Positions 16,339-26,628 of a stretch of DNA of 64,000 nt are shown piece after piece. The DNA comes from Candidatus Entotheonellaceae bacterium (GTDB taxonomy: Bacteria > Tectomicrobia > Entotheonellia > Entotheonellales > Entotheonellaceae), in contig OZ250173.1 in the NCBI GenBank assembly GCA_965238075.1, forward strand, positions 2,208,001 to 2,272,000. The letters are read 5' to 3'. Under the pieces are notes generated by a model. That model did not search any database. It saw only the letters and a program-made list of their open reading frames with translations, and was not told where the DNA came from. Position 1 is the first letter of the stretch; each line of letters starts with the position of its first letter. The position numbers were made by a program, and so were the translations under genes.

Positions 16339-19152
16339 TCACACGTCGTCCCCACTGCGCGTGACCGCTTGGTCGTACCACATGAGGAGCTTGGGGTCCT
16401 CCTGCAGGATGCTTTCGGGTATCTTGCGGGCCACGGCGATGATCGTGGCGTAGTCGCGCTCTTGCCACGCCTTCTTGAAGCCGGTCCGGACGGCTTCAAG
16501 GCGAAACACCCTCAGGCGTTTCTGTTGGGATTCCCGATACTCGTCGAACTCCCGCATCAGCGCCCGTTCGCGCAACTTCTCCAGATCACTGGCCTTGTTT
16601 GGATCGGGCACGTACCAGCGGTTCCGGGCTTTGGCCTTGAGCGCTGGGTCGGTCTTCTCCAGGTTGCGCAGGTCTCTGAAGTTGGAGGAGAGGTAGCTGT
16701 GAATCGGGCTGGGCACTTCGTCCCTGCCGTCGTAGCGCAGGAAATTCTCTGCAAGCAGGGCGGAAAGCTCCAGGACCGTTTCATGCTTCTGCCAGCCGCC
16801 GAGTTCTTTCAAGAATTGCGGGTGGAGGTCCTGGAAGGTCTGCGGCTTCCTGGTGAGTTGCTGCCTGAGCCACTGGATGGCCGACGCCTCATCGGAGACG
16901 AAAAGCTGGAGTTGGAGGACCTCTTTGACCGTCATGTGCTTCTTGTCGTACTCCGCGGCCTGGTCGGGTAGGAAATACATGCCGTCACGTGGAGGAAATC
17001 GCTGTTCCAGACCGGCGTAAAACTCGGCAGCAGATAGGGGAACCGTCACGCCGCGCTGGACGTGGAAGGCCACCATGCGGTCGAAGAGGAGAAAATCCTG
17101 GCGCTCTGCGACTGTCTCCGCCTGACCATCCTTCGAAATGAATATAGGGAGTTGCTTCATGTGTGTTCTGACAAAGTCCCAAACGCCCTCTTCAGTGCCT
17201 GATTCTAGGCGGAAGCGTTCCTCAAGGCCACCATTTGGCTTATATGCAGAAATAACAAGATCTTGCTTGACAGCGGTTGGTGTCATAACTGCCTTGAATG
17301 AGTGTTGCTTTTTATCGAGCGATGAAACGTTGGCCACAACGAAGCCACTTTGCTCTAGTGCAGCCTGAATCGCATTCCATACTGATGCCCTTGTATTCGA
17401 GAATTCCACCGTCAGCCATCTACCTGGCTTTAAGATGCGGTAATACTCTGAGAAACTCCGCTCCATGAGTTCACGGTAATTATCTATACTCTTTCCCTGA
17501 GACGTGCTCACAATCGCTTCGGCCTTCTGATTTGTTACTGTTCCTAACAATCCTTCCCAGAAAAAATTCAATTCGGAGTAATCGAAGTTATGGCCAAATG
17601 GAGGATCGGTGAATACGTAATCCACTATGGAATTCTGGATTTGCCGAAGATTTCCAGTATCTTGGGTGCTTATAACATGGTCTCTCTGGGGATCGACGGG
17701 TGGAGTTAAGCTGTTGGCAATCGTTGATGCATTGCGTCGAAAAGTCTTCAAAACGTGTAGCGGTGTAATCAAAGAGCTGACGTACAAAGTTCCCGATAGC
17801 GGTCCACCCCCTTTTCTATCAGCACGAAACCGTCTCATCCTTGACATGTAAGGCAAGGAAGCAGTAAGGCAAAAGAGCAGCATCTGACTTAGATTGTTAT
17901 CAGGATGACTCTGTATCTGATGCAGTAGAGCAGCGACGAACAGATGCTCGCGTGGAGTGAAGAACTGATGTAGATGAGTAATGCCAATTGGAGCATTGCG
18001 CTGAGTTTCTTTGCCGTCGATTAGGGCGACCGATGGTAGGCCATGAGAGCGAAGAAGGTTGGAAGCAGTATCGATGCGCTGCCTATCTTGGTCATCGAGT
18101 AATTTCTCGTATCTTGTTGACCCTATGCTGTAGTTAATGAGAACGGGTGCGATCCTAATGTGACGGATGGCCTGTTTGAGGACTGGATCAAAGCTAGTCG
18201 TATGTACTGGTTCCCATTTTGATTCTTGAACCAAGGCATTGCAGTGAGGGCACTTCAAATTTGACCGAAAGGAATCGTTTTGCTCATCCACAGCCACGGT
18301 GTAGAGCGTGGTTTCAGTGGTGCATTCAGGACATCTGACAACATCAGAGTAGAGCGTGAATTCAACGGTACCTAGCTGATCACCTTGACGTTGATAATGT
18401 GTGTGCTCAACTCTCTTCCTATCGCGTACCTTCCAGCCATTGTGGTTGGCCAAGTATAGATGGCCAATCTTGGCCTCAATATCGGCACATATTTTCTCAA
18501 CGGCTGCCAGAAAATCTCCTCGACAAACTGGGCGAAGCAAGTTACTTGCGATGAACGTGGCGATAGGCGACAGGTCCGAAAGGATTGCCCAGCGTTGTCC
18601 CATCGAGGAACTTGTATCAGTGAGCGCCTTGACTTTGCTGGGGTTTTTACACAAGGCCGCTGCCACGCCGGTCATCCCCGTTCCGCAGAATCCGTCAAAA
18701 ACGATATCCCCCGGCTCAGTGTAATGGAGGATGTACCGCATGATGGCCTTGTGCGGAACCTTGGTGTGATAGGAGTGAGCGTTGTAGATCGGATCGTTCT
18801 TCCCTTCGCTTACGTCCGAGGCAAATGGTTCTTTGCTGTAGGGTTCAGCTGGATCGTACGGCTTCCCGTGGTGCTTGATGAAATCCTCAATAAATGGATT
18901 CGGGCAGGCCGTGTAGTACGGCGGATCGGACAAGGCCAGGATGTCCTCGTCCGTACCAATCGGGAATCCTTCGATTTTGCGGAACTCGGGATCTTTGAGT
19001 CTCTCGCGTAGTTTTTCCAGAAAATACTCCCGGCGTTTCTCATCGTTTTCGAAGGCCATGCCCAGACATTCCACCGGCCCCTGCGGCTTGACGGAGGGGG
19101 CTTCCGGGAACAGGGACGAGTTGTCGCCATGGTCAGCCGTCTTTGTCCTCAC
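16339..19152 (-). CDS. pglXI: BREX type 3 DNA methyltransferase PglXI
   Basis: YNAHSYHTKVPH, DGFCGTGMTG (SAM motif I), VFTDPPFG (amino-MTase motif IV), central CxxC pairs; BREX context. Confidence 0.88.
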   Translation of the reverse strand: MRTKTADHGDNSSLFPEAPSVKPQGPVECLGMAFENDEKRREYFLEKLRERLKDPEFRKIEGFPIGTDEDILALSDPPYYTACPNPFIEDFIKHHGKPYDPAEPYSKEPFASDVSEGKNDPIYNAHSYHTKVPHKAIMRYILHYTEPGDIVFDGFCGTGMTGVAAALCKNPSKVKALTDTSSSMGQRWAILSDLSPIATFIASNLLRPVCRGDFLAAVEKICADIEAKIGHLYLANHNGWKVRDRKRVEHTHYQRQGDQLGTVEFTLYSDVVRCPECTTETTLYTVAVDEQNDSFRSNLKCPHCNALVQESKWEPVHTTSFDPVLKQAIRHIRIAPVLINYSIGSTRYEKLLDDQDRQRIDTASNLLRSHGLPSVALIDGKETQRNAPIGITHLHQFFTPREHLFVAALLHQIQSHPDNNLSQMLLFCLTASLPYMSRMRRFRADRKGGGPLSGTLYVSSLITPLHVLKTFRRNASTIANSLTPPVDPQRDHVISTQDTGNLRQIQNSIVDYVFTDPPFGHNFDYSELNFFWEGLLGTVTNQKAEAIVSTSQGKSIDNYRELMERSFSEYYRILKPGRWLTVEFSNTRASVWNAIQAALEQSGFVVANVSSLDKKQHSFKAVMTPTAVKQDLVISAYKPNGGLEERFRLESGTEEGVWDFVRTHMKQLPIFISKDGQAETVAERQDFLLFDRMVAFHVQRGVTVPLSAAEFYAGLEQRFPPRDGMYFLPDQAAEYDKKHMTVKEVLQLQLFVSDEASAIQWLRQQLTRKPQTFQDLHPQFLKELGGWQKHETVLELSALLAENFLRYDGRDEVPSPIHSYLSSNFRDLRNLEKTDPALKAKARNRWYVPDPNKASDLEKLRERALMREFDEYRESQQKRLRVFRLEAVRTGFKKAWQERDYATIIAVARKIPESILQEDPKLLMWYDQAVTRSGDDV

Positions 19153-19153
19153 T

Positions 19154-21007
19154 TCAGTCGTTTTCTCCCGACATGCGCCGTGCCTTCAGTTGGGCTCCCG
19201 CTTCTGTAATGACATATTGCTGGTTCGACGCCCGGGGATTCTCCGGGTTGGTCATAATTACAATCCCGGACTGAATCAGCGGATCGAGATGGTGTTCCTT
19301 GAAATAACCCCGGTTGGTCACGCCAAGGGCTTCCAGAATCTCGGCCAGACGGCGGGGCACGTCGCATAAGTCGATGATTCTCCAGTGGGTCGCAGACAAT
19401 TCTGTCAACGGCCGAACTTGTCCAGTGGACAAGTCATTGGCATATCCCTCAACTTGTGCAGTGGACAAGTCGGGCTGCGCGGACTGAACTTGTGCAGTGA
19501 CCAAGTCCTCACCCCGCACTTCTGGTTGGTCAGTTTGACGAAACCGGCCCTCCAGATGCTCGGCCAGAGCGTACTTTCTGCCGGCTTCGATGGTTCTGAA
19601 GAGCACTTTTGTGACCAGTGCATCGGCAAGCGCTACGGCGTCCGGTCCTGCCAGACCCGTTATGGCCTTGATCTGCGGAAGCGTGATCGCCTTTTCCCGG
19701 CAGCCGGCAGCAAATACTCTTGCCTGTTCATCAGTAAGTTGTACCCCGAGACTGGCCTGGAAAAGAACCTGTTGCTCCGACAGAAGCTCTTCTTTTTTCA
19801 GGACGAGTTCAAAGCATTTATTCGCCTTGATGTTAGCGATGGTGGGTGGAACGTGGCCTAATTGCTGCCAGTTTCGGAAGACGTCGCGCAGGCCCCACCC
19901 GGCATTCTCGCTCAGGCCGATGCGCCGGAAGGCGGTCACGATCCGGGAATTGCGAACCTCCTTTTCGCCGGGTTCGAGCAGGTCGGTATCGGTGGCAAAG
20001 GCATCACCGGGATTCCAGAAAACAGTCTGGTCGGCATAGTGGCGAATATCTGCCTTGCGGGAGTGATCGGCGTAATCCTGGTGGATGAGAAGGTTGACCA
20101 TTGATTCGCGAAAGGCGCGGTAGTCCGGCGGCGCATCGTCACGCTGTAAGGATGTCGGATCAATCCGGAACGGTTGATCCGCAAATCGTTGATACCAATC
20201 AATAAGGGCCTGCCATGTGCGGATGAGATTTTCGTCCAGAACGCGGCGGTCGATCCAGCGTTCGCCGGTATCGGCCCTGTCACGCTCCAGCGAAAATCGC
20301 TGGCAATCCACGACGGGCCGCGGCAAAAGTTGTCGGAAGGTTGCATTGGCGCCGAAGAGAAGAATCGCCGCGCGGGATGGGAGTACTTGGCCGTGCTCTT
20401 CAACAAGCAGACCCATCTCCTTGAGGAAGTCCGTGTCGGGCAGTGTCGCATAGGAGCGATTTCCCGGACGTCCCTCATAGACCGCCCGGTACCACCTGAT
20501 GCTGTCCGAATCGAACGCAGTATCCAGGTTGAAGGCAACGGATTGGCCGTCATAGCGTTCCACCGCCGCGTCCATGAGGAATCGATTGCGCTCGTTGTCC
20601 GAGCAGCGAATGTCGCTCCCTCCACTACGAATATAGGCTTGGCCAATGTTGCCGTTAAGGAAGACGGGTTTTTCCGAGCGGCGGACTTCCGGCACGAAGA
20701 AGATGAGTAGGTCTGACCCTTCATATTCCTGTAGTTCTTCCCGTACGTCCACGATGACACTCAGCTTCTGGCGGTCTCGCAGCGTTGTCAGGAACTCATT
20801 CTGAACCTTGTCAACGTCAAGAACGCCGACGACCTTGAAGTCTTGTCCGTTTTTCCTGACACCGAACACAAGATGGCCGCCGTCGGTGTTTGCAAACGCG
20901 GATACCGTCTCATAGGCATTGCGCGGCACGGCGCGTTGCGCTTCCTTGAACTCGACGTCACGCCATTCATGCGCACTGAGCAGTTCGATCAGTTCATCCT
21001 GCGTCAT
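19154..21007 (-). CDS. Schlafen/AlbA_2-domain protein with central HATPase-like region and C-terminal winged HTH
   Basis: [10 protein letters not shown]...[16 protein letters not shown] (AlbA_2); [14 protein letters not shown]...NPG...RNSRI...E..GWGL; C-terminal [25 protein letters not shown]. Confidence 0.85.
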   Translation of the reverse strand: MTQDELIELLSAHEWRDVEFKEAQRAVPRNAYETVSAFANTDGGHLVFGVRKNGQDFKVVGVLDVDKVQNEFLTTLRDRQKLSVIVDVREELQEYEGSDLLIFFVPEVRRSEKPVFLNGNIGQAYIRSGGSDIRCSDNERNRFLMDAAVERYDGQSVAFNLDTAFDSDSIRWYRAVYEGRPGNRSYATLPDTDFLKEMGLLVEEHGQVLPSRAAILLFGANATFRQLLPRPVVDCQRFSLERDRADTGERWIDRRVLDENLIRTWQALIDWYQRFADQPFRIDPTSLQRDDAPPDYRAFRESMVNLLIHQDYADHSRKADIRHYADQTVFWNPGDAFATDTDLLEPGEKEVRNSRIVTAFRRIGLSENAGWGLRDVFRNWQQLGHVPPTIANIKANKCFELVLKKEELLSEQQVLFQASLGVQLTDEQARVFAAGCREKAITLPQIKAITGLAGPDAVALADALVTKVLFRTIEAGRKYALAEHLEGRFRQTDQPEVRGEDLVTAQVQSAQPDLSTAQVEGYANDLSTGQVRPLTELSATHWRIIDLCDVPRRLAEILEALGVTNRGYFKEHHLDPLIQSGIVIMTNPENPRASNQQYVITEAGAQLKARRMSGEND

Positions 21008-24000
21008 GCGTCCACTCCAGCACGATCCGCACTTTGCCCGGCTCTTTGCCCTTGGTGAGTTCGTCCAGGTACGCCTCGAAACGTTTCTTCATTTCTGCCG
21101 GCGTTGCCGGTGACCCGCCGGAGAGCAGGGCGTCGCGCAGGGCAGCAGCCTTGACCGGCACCTTCTGGAGACCGGAAAGCGCCTCGCTCAGGGCGTGGAT
21201 GAAGTCCTGGTCGAGTTCGTCCGGCAGGGCCTGTTTCTTCATGAAGCCGTTTACCAGTTCCTTGGACTCGGGCCTGAGCAGGTCCAGGTTGTCCTTGGTG
21301 GTCGGGTCCTCCAGGTTGGTCAGCAGCGTCCGGGTCCAACTGGCCACCAACCCGTCCATCTCGTCGTCCAAACCGTCCAGCACCGTTCCAACGGGTGCAG
21401 CGGGTGGTTCTGCGCCGGGCTTGTAGCTACAGTGCGGGCAGAGGGGTGAGGCGCCCATTTCCTGCTCCGTCAGAGCAAAACAACTTTCCAGTCCGGCCAG
21501 ACGGTTTTGAAAGTCGGTCAGGTGCTGCCGCGGCATCAACTCGATGGCGGACAGCTTCTGCAATATCTTGAACCGCTCGTCACCCATGAGTGCGGTCTTG
21601 CGCCTGTCTTCATTCACGCCCAGCCGCGCCTTGGTGTGCAGGTCCAAGTAAGTTTGTACATAGGCTTTCTTAAGGCTGGCCAGTTTGCGCCGGGCCACGC
21701 CGTGACTATCCGGGGCACCGAGTTGGCTGAGAACCTCATGCCGCCCCGATTTCATCTTGTGTGCCCACTCGTGTTCCGTGGGTAACGTCACCTCGGCGGT
21801 GGAAAGAAACGATGCGGTGGGGCCCAGGTCCGTCACCAGTTCCCGGAGAGATTCAATTTCAGCCAAGGAATTGAGGCCTTCCCGATGGGAGGCAACTTGC
21901 TGAACGTTGTAACCGAAATTCTTGAGCCTGCCGGGTGAGTTAAAAGCCTGGAGTGATTCCAGGAAAATCTTGGTTTCGTCAAGCCGGGCGCGGCGCTTCT
22001 GTGTCTCTTCCTCGGACAGGAGGTTACGCCCCCAGAAACTCAGACCGTTTTGCAGGCTCTGTTGCACGAGCACAAGCTTTTCCACCCGCTTGGCGATGAC
22101 CGTCTGGAGTTCCTGAACAATATCTTCGTCCCCTTGGACGACCACCTGTGCCATACCCGGCGCAAGTCCGAGCAGCTCGAACAGCGCCCTGAGCGCCGGC
22201 AGGTTCCAGTTCTTGGGCTGCTCGATATGTTTGAATTGCGCGAGTTCGTCCACGCTGATTCCTGCCAGTTGCGGCAGACTGGTGGCGTCGAACTTCTTGC
22301 CCGATATGGCGAGAACCAGATCACCGGAATAAACCAGGGCCGCCAGTACAACCGCAACCCATTCGGGCTCCAGACGCTGCCGGTCCTTGTCCATATATTC
22401 CACGCTGTTGTCGTCCTGGATCAACTCGGAGCGATTGACCACTTGGCCGTGGCCTTTCCTTGTCAGCAGGCCGAGGATGTACTTGGCGTACTTCGAATTG
22501 CCGGGGTCGAGTCGTTCACCATCGAGCAGTTCCAGGGCATCAAGCACCGCCCGCGCTTGTCTGGTGCGGTTCTGGCCGGCGATGGCGCGCAGGGCGTCCT
22601 GCGCCGCCTGTTCCCGGTTGGCGCCAGTGATGAGTACCGAGAAGGAGGGATATTCAGGTGCCCGATTCTGGAAGTGTGTTTCCAGGCAGATGCCGGCGAT
22701 GGTGTTAACCAGGTCGCGGAAGTTGATGCGCTCGTGAGGACCGATGCCGGACAGGTCCCGGATTGACTTGCCCTTGGCCCATTCGGTGAGCGGCCTGGTG
22801 CGGCCCTGGTAGGTGACTTCAAAGGCGTCGGCCATGTGTTTTTGCAGCCACTGAACCAGGGTCCGCAGAAAATGGGATGACCTGGACTCGTAGGTCGACT
22901 TGGCGTGCCCTGACGAGGTAGAGGCCAAGTCCAGGGCCGCGGCGTAATGTCTGAGTGCGGTGAGGAATTCATCGTCCCGGTTGGTGAGCCGCAGGAGCAA
23001 TTCGTCGGCGTTCTGTTCATCCTTGAAATGCGGTGTATCGAAGGGCTGGACGAAATAGAGGTAAAAGTCTCGCCGGGGAACGGCGGTGGAACGTTCATTG
23101 GGTGCGCCGAAAAAGAGGTATCCCTGGCGTGCGGCCTTCCGCTCCAGCCACTCCAATTCATGCTGCCAGATCTTGTAGCCGGTCACGTAGGTCTTTTGGT
23201 CCGCACATTCCATGACCCGTTTCAGGGCCTCATAGTAGTAACGGTCAAGTTGGGAGGCGTCGAGGCTCTCGGCGCGGTTTTCGATCAGCGCGTCGAAGTC
23301 GTCCGTCTTTTTCAGGTCGAGATAGAACTGTTGGTTGTCCGGGTTCGATGAGATGAATTGTCCGCTGACCGTCTTATGGATTGCTTGCAGGACGGTCTCC
23401 ACTTGGGAAAGCAGGTCGTAAGCCGGATCGCCGCCCAGGTCCTCGATGCCGGGTTGATAGAGGCAGAGCCCGTCGCGCAGTTCCCTTGCCGTTGCGCCCA
23501 GGGTGGCATGGATATCGCCGGTGGTAAGCCGGTGCACCGACAGGGCATGGATGAGCCGCAGCGCCATGGGCTTGTATGCCGGGCGGGTGAAAGCTTGCTG
23601 GATGCGTGACTCCAGCACTTGGCTGCAGTCGATGACTGCCCTGATATCCGGAACAGCACGGAACGAAGGATTGTCTCGGAGGTTGGACCAGTACGTGTCG
23701 TAGGCAATGAGCCCGGGTTGGTCGTCCGGCACGTCCTGGTCAAGCAGCCTTTTCATGGCCAGCGACAGGGTTTTCAGCGCCTCGCGTTTCTCCACGACCG
23801 TCACCCGTTCAAAGGTGTCGATATAGTCGGGATGCACCGGGAACAGACGGACGAACTCATCCATACGCTCGTTCATGTCGCCGTAGAACTTGGCGAAGGG
23901 CGTCAGATACCCGCGTATCCTGGCCTGTTGCTCGCCGGTCTTCTTGAGAAGCCGTTCAGCCACCACGAATTTGACGTCTTTGTGGGCGATGAGAACCTGC

Positions 24001-24725
24001 TCGAAGCGATCCTTCACCCGTCGGATGCTGTCGGCCACGAAGGAAAAACGCGGGCTGTCAAAGATGGCTTCCTGTACACCGGCCATGAAGCGGAAGCGCA
24101 GGTCCCTGCAGACCTCGCCGATTTCGCGGAGGAAGTTCAGGTCCAGGATGAGTTCCTGATCCTTGCGGGTACGCAGATAATCAAGCAGCTCGTCCACTGC
24201 GAGAAGCAGGCCGTGGTCCGGAAACGTTTGGTGGAAAGCGGTCATCATCTCTTCGAAAGCGTGCTTGCTGCCGGATACCTGGTCGATGGTGGGGAAGCTG
24301 TAGCTTACGCCCATCGCTGCCAGGTGTTCTTCCAACTCGGCCACAAGGATGTCCCGCAGAGACATGGTGGTGGCTCCGATCTCGGTACGGATCACCCTGA
24401 ACCGGCCGCCGATTTTTCCGGCAGTATCCGCCACGGCAGCGTTGTTGAGGCTGGTGGCGAGGTCGGGATTCTCCGCCAGCGCGGAAATTACCGACATGAG
24501 ATGGGACTTCCCGGTGCCGTAGTTGCCGACTACCAGAAGGCCCTTGTTATCGGTGGGCTGATCGAACTGTAGCTGGGGGATCACCAATTCCACCAGCCTT
24601 TCCGCCATCTCCTCGGAGACGACGTAGGTCTCGACAAGTTGTCGGGCTGCAGTTGTTGTGTCGGCGTCCCGCAACTGGACCACGGATTCGATAGGTCCAA
24701 ACTGGATCAGGTCACCGTATTTCAT
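20994..24725 (-). CDS. brxC: BREX type 3 BrxC/PglY-like P-loop ATPase
   Basis: MKYGDLIQF start, GNYGTGKSH Walker [12 protein letters not shown] Walker B, LFPVHP; 1243 aa. Confidence 0.88.
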   Translation of the reverse strand: MKYGDLIQFGPIESVVQLRDADTTTAARQLVETYVVSEEMAERLVELVIPQLQFDQPTDNKGLLVVGNYGTGKSHLMSVISALAENPDLATSLNNAAVADTAGKIGGRFRVIRTEIGATTMSLRDILVAELEEHLAAMGVSYSFPTIDQVSGSKHAFEEMMTAFHQTFPDHGLLLAVDELLDYLRTRKDQELILDLNFLREIGEVCRDLRFRFMAGVQEAIFDSPRFSFVADSIRRVKDRFEQVLIAHKDVKFVVAERLLKKTGEQQARIRGYLTPFAKFYGDMNERMDEFVRLFPVHPDYIDTFERVTVVEKREALKTLSLAMKRLLDQDVPDDQPGLIAYDTYWSNLRDNPSFRAVPDIRAVIDCSQVLESRIQQAFTRPAYKPMALRLIHALSVHRLTTGDIHATLGATARELRDGLCLYQPGIEDLGGDPAYDLLSQVETVLQAIHKTVSGQFISSNPDNQQFYLDLKKTDDFDALIENRAESLDASQLDRYYYEALKRVMECADQKTYVTGYKIWQHELEWLERKAARQGYLFFGAPNERSTAVPRRDFYLYFVQPFDTPHFKDEQNADELLLRLTNRDDEFLTALRHYAAALDLASTSSGHAKSTYESRSSHFLRTLVQWLQKHMADAFEVTYQGRTRPLTEWAKGKSIRDLSGIGPHERINFRDLVNTIAGICLETHFQNRAPEYPSFSVLITGANREQAAQDALRAIAGQNRTRQARAVLDALELLDGERLDPGNSKYAKYILGLLTRKGHGQVVNRSELIQDDNSVEYMDKDRQRLEPEWVAVVLAALVYSGDLVLAISGKKFDATSLPQLAGISVDELAQFKHIEQPKNWNLPALRALFELLGLAPGMAQVVVQGDEDIVQELQTVIAKRVEKLVLVQQSLQNGLSFWGRNLLSEEETQKRRARLDETKIFLESLQAFNSPGRLKNFGYNVQQVASHREGLNSLAEIESLRELVTDLGPTASFLSTAEVTLPTEHEWAHKMKSGRHEVLSQLGAPDSHGVARRKLASLKKAYVQTYLDLHTKARLGVNEDRRKTALMGDERFKILQKLSAIELMPRQHLTDFQNRLAGLESCFALTEQEMGASPLCPHCSYKPGAEPPAAPVGTVLDGLDDEMDGLVASWTRTLLTNLEDPTTKDNLDLLRPESKELVNGFMKKQALPDELDQDFIHALSEALSGLQKVPVKAAALRDALLSGGSPATPAEMKKRFEAYLDELTKGKEPGKVRIVLEWTHDAG

Positions 24726-24759
24726 CGCACCTATTCTCTTGCAACGGAGTTTGTTGTCT

Positions 24760-25239
24760 TCATGTCGTCGCCTCCGGGCTTACTGCCAGAATATCACGCA
24801 TTGGATAGCGTCTGTATTCCGGATGGGCCGGAACGGCATAGGTCAAAGAATCGTCAACGATGGCGCCGTTCCATGCAGCCACCACGGTCCTGTTGCGGGA
24901 AAGTCCCTGAAGCAGCCGAAGCGGGTCCTGTTTCAGGCCAACGTCGAAGATAACTTCAATGTTGTCGAGCAGGATCATCTCGCCGCCACTATTGCCGGCG
25001 ACCTCTTGAAGGAGATGAGGTAGCTGTATGGCCCGCTGACGCTTGGTCAATTCCAGCATCCGGCGAGAAAGCTCGAGGGTGACATTGACCAGGGGTGCAC
25101 CGGTGCGCACTTGTACTTCCTGAAGCGTAGCGGTCTTGCCGGTGCCCGCTGGTGCAATGAGCAGTATCAACCGATGATAGAGTTCGGCGGTTTGCTTGGC
25201 CTTGCACATGATCTGGTCTGCAAGGGGTTCCGCCATCAC
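24760..25239 (-). CDS. brxF: BREX type 3 small P-loop protein BrxF
   Basis: [50 protein letters not shown]; directly upstream of brxC. Confidence 0.88.
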   Translation of the reverse strand: MMAEPLADQIMCKAKQTAELYHRLILLIAPAGTGKTATLQEVQVRTGAPLVNVTLELSRRMLELTKRQRAIQLPHLLQEVAGNSGGEMILLDNIEVIFDVGLKQDPLRLLQGLSRNRTVVAAWNGAIVDDSLTYAVPAHPEYRRYPMRDILAVSPEATT

Positions 25240-25248
25240 GCTTTTCCT

Positions 25249-25878
25249 TCACTTGACCCGGTAGAAGAAATACGTGCCGGAGGGACAGCGGGTACCGGTG
25301 GTAGGGCCGGGCGGGGTGTATTGGAGAAGGGCTGCTCGGCGGCGCTCGCTGAAGCCGCGGATGGTCAGGCTGCCGGCGGGTTCGATGCCGCAGGTTTCGC
25401 TGGCGGCAGATCGGTCGCGGCGGCCTTGGGGATGCAGCGGCGTGATCCACTGGCCTTCGTTGACGTAAACCACGTCGCCGACCGCCCAGCGCTTGCCGGC
25501 TGCGGTCATGATCTGGGGTCCGTTGCCGTCGAGAATGGCCTTGGCGTCGGCTGTCAGCACCTTGATCTGATCAGCGGCGCCGATCTCGTCCGGCGAGGCG
25601 GCGAAGTCGGCGAGGGTCTTGGTGGATTTGACGGTCAGGTAGCCGAGGTCCTCGAGGCGCTGGCCCACTTCTTCGAGGCGCTGCAACGGCCCCACGGACA
25701 CCATGACGACGAGGACAACCGCCGTCAGTCCCAACACCCCGCCGACCAGGGCCGCGACCCGTGCCACCGGGTCCATTCCGGTCGATGCCGCTCCCGATTC
25801 GGCCTGCCCTGGACGCCCAAGCACGCCCGCCAGCAGCGCCCCGACGATACCGATTATGGCAACGACAATGGTTTCCAT
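25249..25878 (-). CDS. Hypothetical two-TM membrane protein
   Basis: GGAGG RBS, two hydrophobic helices, soluble C-terminal domain with two Cys; ends 9 bp before brxF. Confidence 0.7.
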   Translation of the reverse strand: METIVVAIIGIVGALLAGVLGRPGQAESGAASTGMDPVARVAALVGGVLGLTAVVLVVMVSVGPLQRLEEVGQRLEDLGYLTVKSTKTLADFAASPDEIGAADQIKVLTADAKAILDGNGPQIMTAAGKRWAVGDVVYVNEGQWITPLHPQGRRDRSAASETCGIEPAGSLTIRGFSERRRAALLQYTPPGPTTGTRCPSGTYFFYRVK

Positions 25879-25934
25879 TCACCTGCCTCCCTTCAATTTA
25901 GTCCCGTATAATCCCGCGCCTTTGATTCGCCGGG

Positions 25935-26183
25935 TCAGGCCACCTGATGAAACCTTGCCACGGACACCCGCCTCGTCTCCGCGAATCCTTCTCGATGAAG
26001 CTTGATGCGTTCGATCTCGTGCAGCGTCTCGGCCGTGAAGTAGCTTTCACCACAGTTTGGGCACGAGATCAACGGAATCCCTTCAATCACCAGCAGGTCC
26101 TTGCCAGAACCATAGCTGCGGGAGATGGGGCGGATTCGGGCTTCCTGCTCTCCGCAATTGTCACACTTCAGTTTGTTCATCAT
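25935..26183 (-). CDS. YgiT/MqsA-type zinc-finger protein (putative antitoxin)
   Basis: KCDNCG...LLVIEGIPLISCPNCGESYFTAETLHEIE. Confidence 0.85.
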   Translation of the reverse strand: MMNKLKCDNCGEQEARIRPISRSYGSGKDLLVIEGIPLISCPNCGESYFTAETLHEIERIKLHREGFAETRRVSVARFHQVA

Positions 26184-26460
26184 GAACCCACGCCGTTATC
26201 ACAACGAGTTTGTCTGTAGTTCCCAGCTTGCTAACGACCACGATCTGACGTCCATCTACGGCACGCCCGCGGACCGAGTACTTCCGTTCTCGGGTCGTTT
26301 GATCACGTTGCCGCTCGATGATTTCTCCAGTGAGAATCGCCCGCTCCACGTCAAATGCGGACAGTGTATCTTCGTCAAGTTCATCTAAGGCATGGAGCGT
26401 GACGACGTACCGGCGTTCACGGATTCGAGCTCTGAAGCGTTCAAGGATTCTCGGGTACAA
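26161..26460 (-). CDS. DUF4258-family protein (putative toxin)
   Basis: RYVVTLHALDELDED...AILTGEIIERQ...KY.VRG...VVITAW; overlaps the zinc-finger gene. Confidence 0.8.
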   Translation of the reverse strand: MYPRILERFRARIRERRYVVTLHALDELDEDTLSAFDVERAILTGEIIERQRDQTTRERKYSVRGRAVDGRQIVVVSKLGTTDKLVVITAWVHDEQTEV

Positions 26461-26628
26461 CCTGCCTGATCTCGCTCACGCAACGAGCCACCGACCAAAT
26501 GCTGATACCTTCTCGTTGCGATTTTCTTTAGCCGTATCGTAAGGAACGACCGCCCTGCCTGGACAGGCAACTGTGGCGGGAGACACGGGGCGTGTCAAGG
26601 GTTGGCGTGCCGGTGGAAGCCGGCGGTG

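Noticed and set aside
19415-19507. Mini-CRISPR interpretation of the 36-bp-period repeats
   Set aside because: Repeats (~21 bp) and spacers (~15 bp) are too short and lie in-frame within a CDS.
13300-26570. BREX region as an integrative element with att sites
   Set aside because: It looks compositionally distinct, but I found no integrase, tRNA or flanking direct repeat by eye.
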